From contig JBITNC010000002.1 of assembly GCA_050084985.1 (NCBI GenBank), positions 38,874,001 to 38,938,000 of the forward strand: a DNA stretch of 64,000 bases, in the 5' to 3' direction. This stretch comes from Nageia nagi (lineage: Eukaryota; Plantae; Pinophyta). This document shows, piece after piece, positions 41,761 through 53,800 of this stretch. The first letter of the stretch is position 1. Each line of letters opens with the position of its first letter. The notes under the pieces are model-generated. The model did not search any database. It was not told the origin of the DNA and saw only the letters and a program-made list of their open reading frames with translations. The position numbers and the translations under genes were made by a program.

Positions 41761-43299
41761 CTTTAAACATTTAAGAATAAACAAGAGATCTTTTTTTTAC
41801 ATGTTTATTAAATAAAGTAGAAAATTTAAAACTAAAAAATTAGATTTTATTAAAATTTATATAAGCATTTGCTTATAGTATTGGAGATTATACAAGGTTA
41901 GGTCACACATGCTTGTCTCTTGAATGTTGTATGTGCATGAAGAAAAGGCTCCAATGAGTTTGGAGGATAGTGCTTGACCCAATGACATTACCACTATATT
42001 GCTAGTTACGATCCAATATTATTATCGTGGATAAGTCTTCCCTTTATGTATTGATTTTTTATTCGTTAAATTAGTACAAATGTATGATTGTAGAACTTCT
42101 TATTTTGTCATACTAATTCATGAAAAGTAAGTTAATATAGTTGTAGTTATTTTTTAAAAATGGATGTAGCTAATATAATATTTATGAGAATGATTCCACT
42201 AAAGCATATATAGTAGTTCACCAAAAGGAAAAAGTAATATATACATGTACATTAGATCCAATTTTTAGCATGAATATTTTTATTTGTACGATAATTATTA
42301 TGTAGTATCTCTTGAAGATTACTTGATGGATGTTTACATTATTCACTATAACTAAACTTTTGATAATGTTTAAAGTTAGAAATGTATTGAAATGATCAAT
42401 AATATAGATATATGATGAAAAATATATAAAGAGGCTACTAGTTAAACAATTTTGTTTATGAAAGGATGTTGTATCCTTTGACTTTGCTAGTGTGTAATTG
42501 ATCTAACATAGGCATTTATATGTATGATTTTGATGAAATTGTAATGAGAATTTAGAAAAACTCCATCTTGATCTATTAAATCAATTTTGATGAGTTACTC
42601 TATATTGGTAATTGCTATCTTACTAATGCATAATGAAAATGAGTTTTTAGCATGAAATTAATTAATAATGCTAGAAAGGAATTCAAGAGGATATGAGATG
42701 CTATAATATCTCCTTTGGGCAATTGAGTATAACTTTGTTGAACAAATTACATGGTAAAGTCCTTCAAAATAATATATAAATGTGTATATGATTAAGTTCC
42801 ATAATAAATAAAGCAATCTATGATTGTAACGTTATTAAGAAGTACTTGCTAGTGGAATTTGTAACAAATAAATGATTGATTTACACTTTCAATGGCATGG
42901 AATTCATTAACAAGAATGAATGGAGTTACAAACATGAGGATAGCTAATCCTACAAGTGATATATAGAAGGGGTAGATTCATGATAAGAAACCTCGCACCA
43001 AAAAAAAAATTACTCCTCTATACCTCAATAAAGAGAAATTGGATTAGAGTTGTAATTGGACAACCAACCTTACGATTAAAAATTTGATTTATCCTTAATT
43101 ATGGATGTAATAACGATCAAATGATAAATTGGGATAATTGTTAGACTAAGGTCTGTCAAATCCTTGAAAGAAGGATGAAAGTCTAAGATGATTCAAAAAG
43201 AAAAGAAACTTAGGTTTACTGGAAATGGTAAAGCAACTAGGATAAGAGTGACTTTTGAGTAAACTCAATTCCCTCATATCAAGGACTTTCATGGAAATT

Positions 43300-43700
43300 A
43301 TAGAAGCCTATTTTCTTATGGATCTCCAATCATTGTATTCTGATTGAGAATGCAAAATGGGAGAACAATTGGACTTACGACCAATACCATGATAAGTATA
43401 GCATACTCGGATGTTCAGTGAGATAGCAATCGCTTGTACCTACTAGTGCAAACAACTAAGTACCTACGAGAATGTAGATCTAGGCAAGATCTCTTGGAGT
43501 CGTTGACGAGTGGTAGGGATTTTAAATAGTTCATATTGTTCACATTGTATAGGCAATGGGTTCGATCCTATTGAAGGAATTTAGTATGAACTATAATCTA
43601 TGAATGTGGATTTTATGTACTACTTATTATCTACAACACTATATTAGTACATATGTTATAAAACATGCTTGATGATAGTATGATCTGACAAGATGCAAGG
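43300..43700 (+). pseudogene. Possible Ulp1/C48-protease-like fragment (Mutator/CACTA-associated)
   Basis: The + frame gives ...NRLYLLVQ... and IYECGFYVLLII, resembling the Q-x-N-xx-DCG-(I/V)-(F/Y)-V catalytic Cys motif. Heavily decayed. Confidence 0.2.
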
Positions 43701-44011
43701 GATTTCTTGATCACATCTTTCGCCTAGAATGCTAAACATGAGAAGGAATGGAAGACTTAATGAATAGATAAGACAAGATGAAATAGAGGCACTCGTTAGT
43801 GCTTCAAAAGAGATTGCATGCTCATCGCACATTTTATAGTGAAAAAAATACTCACCAAAGTTCTGACCTTCGACTGCATTATATTCTCCTCCAAGTAGAA
43901 TGTTAGCACATAATTTGCTGTGGTATAAAAACTCTAAACATAAAAAATGAGACTCCCCCCTTCACAAGTTATATACTCATAAATTTACTATGAGGTGAAA
44001 ACAGTAAACAT

Positions 44012-44425
44012 AATAGAGCTCACATCCAAGTTTCATGAGAATTTCGTGGTCTTGTTTTCCAGTTATAGATAGAGTCCTAAGTTTCCGACTTTAATATAAC
44101 GATTTCGTGGGTTTTTATCTGCATTGTATTATAAATTTCTTTTTTATTGTTCTGCAATGGCTGCAGTTGATTTTAACAGGAGTTTCCTCAACTGACGAAA
44201 ATATTTTGTTGAAGGACAGACCATCGCCACCCTGAAGCGCAGTTTGCTATCACGTGTTCAACTTGCCAGTATAGTAGGTTGCATATCCACGACATACACA
44301 ACAGGAGTATAGTAGGATTGCCAATGTTTTTAATAAAAATTCGTTTTAATACTCAATACTCAATGACGGTCTTTGTTTCTTCGTTATTTGTCTCACTATA
44401 ATCATTGCATCGTCGATCTTTAGCT
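44012..44425 (+). pseudogene. 5'-remnant paralogue of the 2OG-Fe(II) dioxygenase gene (promoter/5'UTR, deleted exon 1, start of intron 1)
   Basis: CAAGTTTCATGAGAATTTCGT...TTATCTGCATT matches 57881-57980. ATG 44157 gives MAAVDFNRSFLN* versus MESIDFNRTLPNW (W13 to TGA at 44193). AGACCATCGCCACC and CCACGACATACACAACAGGAG match exon 1, and TACTCAATGACGGTCT...TGCATCGTCGATCTT matches intron 1. Confidence 0.9.
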
Positions 44426-45239
44426 TTTCGTTTTATGAGATATTGAACAGAATTCACAACAATATGATAATTTCGTTTGCAATAATAGCTCATACCTGTA
44501 TTCTTAAATAACTTTTCTTTCAAATAAATAGAAATATATTTTAATGTCCGTAAGTAATCAAAAATAGTTTTAGTGGGATTCACTACAATTCAGTTAAATG
44601 ATAACAAGTGTTAGGGTTGAGAATCTTAAGGATTACAATAACAAATTAAACAATAAAATTATAGTATTAAGAGTGTCTCCAGCTAGAAAAAGGATCATTC
44701 GTAGAGTAAACAAAATTAGTGATACATAGTTGTCATCCAAGCTGTGATGATCTGAGAAGAAGTCGTGTCAACCTTACTATGAGTATGCTGAAGAGTATTG
44801 AATGAAGATTTTTTTCTAACTGTGGAGTCTGAAAAAAGAGCTGATCAATCTTAAAAAAATGTAGACAAATAAACTGTACTCTCTCTCTACTCTCTCTCTA
44901 ATCTTGTAGTGGATAGGACATCTAAAAATTAAGTGCTCTTTATTCTCCACCTTCCATCCATAAAAAAGAAGAATTGAATTTAGAACCATGATTATACTTA
45001 TTTTTCACAATCAATGTACTTTTCTCTATAGTTAAATTATTTTAATCAACTCAATTATTTTATTATTAAAGAATAAAATATATCTTGGAAGTTAGAGCTA
45101 ATCTTGTTTAAAGTAAATACAATAAACTTTTAAAAATATAGTTAACCATCATTATCTCCTTTACCATTTATTCCAACAAATTGATTCCGAAAAGAGTGAA
45201 ATTACGCATATGTTGGATAATATTACCTTTCTTCCAGCA

Positions 45240-46430
45240 TCTTCAGTTAAAATAAACTTTTTTTAGATTTATTTTTGCATTTGATGCTTGTGAGTACAAC
45301 AAAAAGACGACGAACAGTATTTACCAAAAGGAATTCCTTATTCTTCGAACTCTTTCAGGTCTTCCAAGATCACCTCTCTCGATTACCAGAACCACGTTAT
45401 CCTAATAGTGATCCTCTGAGCCCTTCTAGATTTATGATTTATGACAAGCCTTTTCTTGCCTCGAACTTGCTTTGATCTTTTATTTACATAGAATCCTACG
45501 CATTCATGAATCTTACGATGTCGGAATGCAGTAGGATCCTCTGAACATAGATCCTTCTTTATCTTTCCTATGATCTCATCAAGGTTTGATTTGTTCATTC
45601 TTACTACTTTAGGAATTCATCCTAGGTTTTTGAGTTTCTTCTTTTTAGTATGAACAGGGATCACAGAATCATAGAAAGATTTTAACCTAAAACTTTGCTC
45701 TTTCAGAATAAAATGTAGTTGTCACTTGTAATACTGAATGGCCTGAGTTTCATCAGACTATCATACCCAATTAACAAATCATACGACTGCATTTCATGCT
45801 GAATTAATCTGAACATTATAATTTCTGATCCAAACTGGAAAGGGACTTCAGCAGAAAACATTAAAGTAAGTTTTTCGGAATTAAATGTGAGGCTTACCCG
45901 ATCCTCTTGCCACATCCAGTGGTATAGCATTCTTCCTTGCCAAACTGCACTCTCCACCAGTATCAATCAACGCATCCAAGCTGTAGGGTTTATAACCAGA
46001 AATTTTGATTAGCATGGAGCAAATAGGAGAATATGAATGCCTTACCATATTTACACTATTTGTTACAACACTAGCTTCTTCAGGCATGTGATCAAGTTCA
46101 TGTTCAAATAACATAGCCTCGTTGTACACTTCTTCTTCTTTGAGAAGATCTTCAAGCTCTGTAGTTGCCTTCTTAATGAAACAATTGAAGTTTCTCAGTT
46201 CTTTTAACTCTCCAAACAGCTCTTTCTTCATACTGCTACTTTCTAGGAGTTTCTAATGGATGTTTCTCCCTTAAAGGAGATTGAGTAGGAGCTTCTGTAG
46301 CAAATCTTACTTCCTTACAGTACAAATCTCTGGACCTTTGAAAGCTTTGGAAGTAGTTTTGATGAGGCCTTGCTGAATCATACACTCATCGCAATGATGT
46401 ACCTTAAAACTGACTAAGAAACATAACATG
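45240..46430 (-). mobile_element. Endogenous caulimovirid (plant pararetrovirus) fragment: aspartic protease and N-terminal RT, rearranged
   Basis: YSLDALIDTGGECSLARKNAIP (protease DTG), YDLLIGYDSLMKLRPFSIT, KKDLCSEDPTAFRHRK and CVGFYVNKRSKQVRGKKRLVINHK (caulimovirid RT motif AFYVNxxxExxRGKxRLVINYK). Frameshift near 45920 and internal deletion near 45503. Confidence 0.85.
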
Positions 46431-49400
46431 GTTAATTGATATAATATACAATAATGATAAGGGTATAGATTGAGCATGGGTAAAAAAAAGCATTTGAAAG
46501 AAATAAAATTTATTTAGGGATGTTTGACTTTGCTTTTTTGAAGGATAGCTGAAATGGCATTAAGGAGAATTAAAGTCAAATATTGACCAGCTATGCTAGT
46601 AGGTGGATATAAAGTTATTTTCCTTGACCAATGTAACTTAAAAGGAGTACCCAAAATCAACTTCTTTGTTTAAGTAATTAAAATAAAAATTATGTAAGTA
46701 CTTGAAAAAAAATCTAATTTGATATATCAAGGATGTAGAAAAATAAAATAAAAACTGATGAAGATTGTTGTAATGGTTTATAAATACATATCAATATCAC
46801 TTTGATTTATGTTCTCAAACTTGTTTAAATGATTAATCATTAGATCACTTAATTAATCTTATACCTATCACTCAAATTGAAATATTTAAAGAAAATTTAT
46901 ACCTATTTCATGTTGAGACCTTTCAAGAAACTTTAAAACAACTTTATTACTATTTTTAATATTAGTTTTAACCATGATTTTTTTAATATATATAAAAAGA
47001 GTGAAATGTATTAAAGTAATCATAGAGAAAACATTGAGTATGAACTAGAAAGATATAATAAGGATAATCATTTTAATGCACCATAAATCATAAAAGATCT
47101 TCAACAGTTAAACCTTTATTGTGTTCCAACAACTCCTTACCTATATAAAACAAATCTAGGCTAATTTGGTATCTACCAACTGGGTCTTTACTGGATCAAT
47201 CTCTATTTTTTTATTTACGTCTACACTCTAATGTTTTTGGAATTTCAGGATGACTGATTTAAAGAGCATCACTCCTCTATCGATTCTTCCTGTATACTTT
47301 TTTTTTGAAGAATGATTTCCAAATAACCACATTTGTTTTCCAATAACTATGAATAGTAACTTATGCTTTCTTGGATGAATTTTTTAGATTTTTTTGCTAT
47401 CATTTGAGTCTATCCGCATTGTTTCTTTCAGTTGTTTCACAACAGTGAGGCCTTTTCTGCATTCTAATATCCCCAAAAGATCTTAAAAGACTAGATTCTG
47501 CAAAATTACTTTTGTCGATCTAACAAAACTAATCATGAATCTACACCTCTAACATGCCACTATTATGACATGGATAAATTTACTCCACCTATTAAATACA
47601 ATCACATGGAGTTCAGCTTCGACATAGAGACTTATGAAGATTTTTAGTATTATTCATACGACATTTTGAGATATTCACATTATGGTGACATGACCATATT
47701 CATTTATCGAGTTCTACGTTTGTTGAAAATGGACATATGCAAATAGTCAACCTTTGAATTTGGCTATGATCAGAAGAGCTCAGCAATTTACCATAACTTT
47801 GTGCCATAGATTGTTCTTTGTACAGGTCATAGATATCTTATATTGTAAGACATCCGTATATATCTTATATTGTAAGACATCGGATAAATACACCATCCGA
47901 TCAATGGTTGAGAATTTGCTAGAGAGAAGATCGATCATGAAATAGTTTTTAGCTTATAGATTTTTTTTTTTTAAATTTTACAGTCATATGTGCTGTCATT
48001 ATACTAATGTTGCCTATTATCATACTATATCTTTTAACTAATCATTTAATTGATAAATAAGACATCTTATCTAATATAAAAAATTTATAACAAATATTTA
48101 ATGAATTAAATAATATTAAAAATAAATTTACCATAATAACATGTGTTATTAATTATAAATATGATCTCTTTGAAATAGATATGAACTTATTTCTATTGAA
48201 TACTTTTAATTAGTATATTATTATTTAATTGAATTTGTAATTATTGTATATTATATTTTATATTTGATTGAATATAACATTTTTCATTTGAATTTTAGTA
48301 TTTCTTATGTGGATGTTATTTTGTTTTCTAATGATATATCTAAAAAAGTGTAGTTCAACATTTATCTTATTATTTACTTTAACTTTTATTTGATTCAATG
48401 CAATATTTTTTCCTGTGAAGAATATGAAAAATATTTAATGATTACAACAAGATTATATTTACAATAACTATTCATTTTCACAATCATTTCATTTAATTGT
48501 GAATTATTATGTCTATAAAATATTTTTACTAATACTACATACTTATATTTTACTATTATAACTATTAACTTATAACTTAACAACAATAGTTGTTTTTTAA
48601 TACTTTTGAAAGTAAAAAATTATTGATACTTTTACCTTTACATTCCATTCCCAGTATGAGATATACATCCTATGTAATAGCCTACTGCAAGTTGTACATC
48701 CCGTAGATAAGTTGGTTCTCCCGTGGATGTCCATATAATTTTCCTTTTATCTTTTTCAAAATGTCTCTACAAATCAAGATAATTTTTCACAATTAATTTT
48801 GAATTAGTATTATTACATTATTATTATTATTTATTTTATTATCATGTAAATTGTTAAGATTATACATAAGAAGAATTTATAAGATCTTGGATAATTGATA
48901 AATAATTTATATTCATTAGTTTTTAGAGATTACATATAAGTATTTATTTTTTAAATCGTACATAAAATTTATAGTAAACAAATGCATAGTTAAATATTTA
49001 TGAAATGAAAGTTTATTATAATATTAAGAATTTCAACTATTACATTAGAATATGAAATTTTCATGTATTCACTTTGATAATTTATAATCATATTAGTAGA
49101 AAATATAATAATAAAATAAAGTATCCACATATGATATATCCTCTTAATAATGCATAAGGAAAATCCATATAACATCATAGTGGATAGAAATTATATTATA
49201 ACTTTTGAAATGTATTAAAAACCATACATACATTGCATCATCTTTGTATGATAGTAAAATATAATGAATTACTCCTTCAATCATTATGAGTTACAAAATT
49301 TAGAGGATTATGCAAGAATATAAGAATCATATTTTTGAAGTATAATTGATATAGGAAAGAAAAATGTATAAAATTCATATTAACTTTATCAAACTAGTAA

Positions 49401-50829
49401 TAAAATATAATCATAAAGTATGATATTTAGTTATTATAATTATCTAGGTAATTAAAATTTCTAATTGATATTTTTCATTATAAAATATTTGATTTTTTTT
49501 AGTATATATAATTATTAATACTTTGTAGAATGCTTTGATGATAATTTTTTAAGTATAATAGAATAACCTACTAAAATATGTACAATAAGATTTTAATATA
49601 AACTAATAAATTTTAAAATTCATATAATCTCTTAATACGATTCTTAATAAAGATAAAATTTCAATGAAGACATTCAAATATTTTAGTTTTACTTATCCAT
49701 GATATTCATAACACATTATTTTACTTTTATTGATAGAAAGAGATGAATTTCTCAAAAGATATTTATTTTCATAATGTATGTACAAAGTGAAAAAATTGTA
49801 ATTGATAAATTACTTCTCTTGATAATAAATTTTTATATTTAATAAATTTAAACTCCATTTATATATTTATTAATATGCTTTGTAATATATTTTGAAGTAT
49901 AATTAAGATATAAAAAAACATAATATATGACAATAATGTTACCTATCTAGTATAGAAGATAGAACATTATTAAAAATAAATATTACAATATAATAGCATA
50001 GTAAAGAATATGATTATTATGACCATATAAAATTAAAATTACTATAATTAATTTATTAAAATATATTCAAATCTTTTCATATTATAACAGATCATCTATT
50101 ATTCATTTACACCATTAAATGCCATTGTATGAAGGGATATTAGTAATTAAACAATGAGAACCTTGTTATTATATGATATATGTGAAATAAATATTAATTA
50201 TTTGATGAATATATCAATTTGAGGAGGTAGTAACTATGTTAATTATATGAGATTACTTAATTGTCATCATTTTTCCATGATATGAGTAGTGAGATATGCA
50301 TAAAGAAAAATAAAAATACTACTTGTAATCAGCCATCAAATGTTATAATATAGAAATATTATATTCAAAATATAATAATGTATTATTAGATTTATAACTA
50401 AATTTTTTTTGATATAGTTAGTTAACTGTAATTTTCATATTAACTATCTCAAGCTAAATATAGATATTTTTAAATATACATATTACAATATGATTGCACA
50501 TAAATACTAAACATACAATGGATTTTAAATCTTTTTAAAACCTATATTACCATATGTGATAAAAATAACATGTATGTAGATGATTAATTATTCTCTAAGG
50601 AAAAATTCAATACAGGATTAAAATATAATTAATTTCCTACACATGTTCCTTATCTAGTCGAGGTGATAAATGCCTTTATATAAATTTGAATCTAGGATAC
50701 CCTACAACACCTTGAATTAACCAAAAAAGCCTTTATTATATGTTAGCAATACTCTCTATCCTCAAAACAATATGAATGATTCTAAGTTACCATTTATAAT
50801 GAAGCAATGATGCTTCAAATTTATACTCC

Positions 50830-50853
50830 GTGTGTGTGTGTGTGTGTGTGTGT
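50830..50853. repeat. (GT)12 microsatellite
   Basis: Directly visible. Confidence 0.95.
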
Positions 50854-53800
50854 AATTTTGTTCACAATTTGTTGACATCTAAATCATATATAATTTTTTT
50901 AACATAATTAAAAAGATATATAATATTTTATTTTTTATTATTTATTTCAATTAGTAGAAAAAATATTATAATACAGTGAAGTTTCTCCTTATATATTATA
51001 AAAGGAATGTATGATATTTACTATTTAAATTGATTAATAAATGAAATAGAGCTAATTAATATAATACAATATAACAAAATGAGAGATAAAAATGATTTCT
51101 GTATTTCATCCATCTATAAAGTTTCATGGTTTGGGTAATAATATTTGGGACAACTTATAGTATAAGACAAATATAGTGTGAAATTTGTTAAAGTTATTAT
51201 ATCATAAACTCAATATAAGCTTAAATGTGGTGGCACCATTGAAGAATCTGCTGGGCAACTACAAATTATTTATACAAGCTTACATTAAACATAAGGTTGC
51301 ATGATGATCCAACATACAGGATTATTGAGGGAGAGGGAAAGAGGAGAGAGGATAAATGGGAGGGGAGGAGAAGCATGAAAGTATACTTACCTAGGTAGGG
51401 TCAATAGGTGATCAACAAGGTTAATGGCCTAGGGAGGGCACTTCCATTGTACCTAGGAGGGAGCTCTTCATAGAATCTCCCAATGTAGAGAGTGTCATCA
51501 TAATTTATGAAAGAGGGGGCTAACATTCATGCAACCTCCACCAAGCCCAAATCCTAAACTACCAATATTATGGGTCTTGTATTACAAATACTATTGTAAC
51601 CCATCAGTATGGTTTATATGGAGACCACATAGGTAAGAATTTAATGTTTAGTTTGGGAATGGAATGGTTTTAGATCAATACATATTGTATTCTTCTTGGT
51701 AAGCAAATGATGTATGTTCATAGGTGATTAATCTTACCTTCTAGCTTTGAGACAAGTAACTGCTTTAGTGTGGTCATATATCTTCAACCTCCTTTTCTCT
51801 ACCTTATAAAGTTATTATTTCTATAATACAATGATCAACATTCTACAAATGTAACTCCCTAAATGAAATATGATGGAACCACTAGCTAGATTAAAGTAAG
51901 AACAGAGAACCTACTAATGTAATGAATACCAACCTCAAATTTTCAAATAATGAGAGAGGTAAGGGAAAATATTGGTTTGTACTTATTTCATATGTCCTCA
52001 TAAATCTTCTTAAATATCTATACCATAGTATCTTCTCCTGCTCTTCTTGCCATGATGTATTCATATTTTCCTTTAGCTCACTGCTAGTTACTTGCCCATA
52101 AGTTTCTTATGAGTTGTAAACACAATAATTTTGTGCTAAAATGAAATGGTTGTTATTTAATCACACAAAACTGAAGTATATAGGTGTTTACTTCAAAATC
52201 ACTTGCATGTGTTGGATTATACTTTTCATGTTTTGTATTCAATAAAAAATAAAAAATTTACATTAGATTTCTTCAATATAATGACGTATTACTTATCTCT
52301 TACTTTTTATTCTTTACTTGTTTATATTTTTTTGTATGTAGATAAGTTGTTAAATTAACTTTAATATACTAATGTTTGATTTTAAATACATAAGGTATAT
52401 GTTTAGGCTTCCTTTAGATATGTGTAAGCATTCTTTTGGAATACAAATTAGTTATATTTGATAATGTAGTTGGTTACTCACTTGGGAGAGTTATATTTAC
52501 ATGGTAGGCATTTTCTTTGGAGAGGTATAATGCATAATGTTGAATCAATAATTTTCAATCATTTTTGGACCATGTTCGATGATGCAAAGTTTTTAGAGTG
52601 TGTTTGTTAGCTTTATGTGGGGGCTGAGTATGGCTACTCTACTAGGAACATGGATAGTTGGCATTGTGCTCAGGTTGTTGGAGAATCTCCTATGCACCTT
52701 ACCTAACATCATTAAAGCCTACTCCAAAGGATAGTTAAAATCAAATTATATATTTTAATGGTGAATATACTAGTATATGTGTACACAAAATGTGAAATAC
52801 AGAGAATACATATGATTTATTTGAAGAGGTACATGCAATAGTTATAGCCTTACGATATGTAACGATCACAGAATATGGATAACATGAGAGACTCTTAAGT
52901 AGGTATAATTTTCAAGAGTAAAGTCCAACCTCACAACCTTTTATGCATCCTTCCAACATGCACCATGATGGGAATTGTAGAAGAAGGTGTAGAAATCCTT
53001 CAAAGTGGTTGCAAATAGCCATGCAAATAGCATAACATGTTTATGTATTCTACTTGCAAATAGTCGAGTATTATACATGTATTATTCCTAAGCAGATTAT
53101 TATACATGTATTATTGATCACCTTTCACTACATAAAATACCAAATTAGGTGTACAATGAAGTCTTATTGGTACGTATACACCACTTTGAATGTAGGAGGA
53201 AGGATTACATGGTAATAATTATTCATGTTGGAGACTAAATATACTCCATCATATGTTCTCCTTCCAAATATTTATGCTATAGTGGACAATGATGATGATG
53301 TTTTGAATGAGGACATTGATGAAGATAGAGGAAATAAGAATACTCTTGGATGTACTTGGATTGAATTTGATAAAGTATTTGCACTTTTTTTATAAGAGAT
53401 AAATTGAACACATGAGATCAATGGTGATTTGAAGAAACTATCGAGTAAGATGAAGGTAGCAAATTATATTTCCAAATACAATACCCAGGTTGAATGATAT
53501 GGAAGCTGAAAATAAAAAAATACTTAGAAAAGTTGGAAATTGCTTTCAGCTTGTTAAAGACTCAATTGGAAATGTTACTAAGATTGTGAATAACCTTCAA
53601 CTATGCAATGACTACATTTTTGCACTTAAGTTTATCCCTAGAACTATTACGAGGAACATTGCTACGAGGGATGCGAATTGACTTCTACATTTCAAACATG
53701 GAGAATGTTCTTATGGGGATTATTGGTGATGCAAATTAATGTGAACCAATTTCATCATTCCATCATTTTATTTTTCAAAAAAAGTGTTGTTATTAAATAT

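Noticed and set aside
43550-43575. GGTTCGATCC B-box-like hairpin (tRNA or SINE)
   Set aside because: No cloverleaf or convincing A box, and the stem geometry does not fit a T-arm.
44353-44583. 76-aa minus-strand ORF MNPTKTIFDY...
   Set aside because: It overlaps sequence homologous to intron 1 of the dioxygenase on the + strand and has no motif, so it is a chance ORF.
44581-44911. CACTACAA...TTGTAGTG as a mini-CACTA element
   Set aside because: Only 8 bp match, the 3-bp flanks differ (ATT vs GAT) and there are no subterminal repeats.
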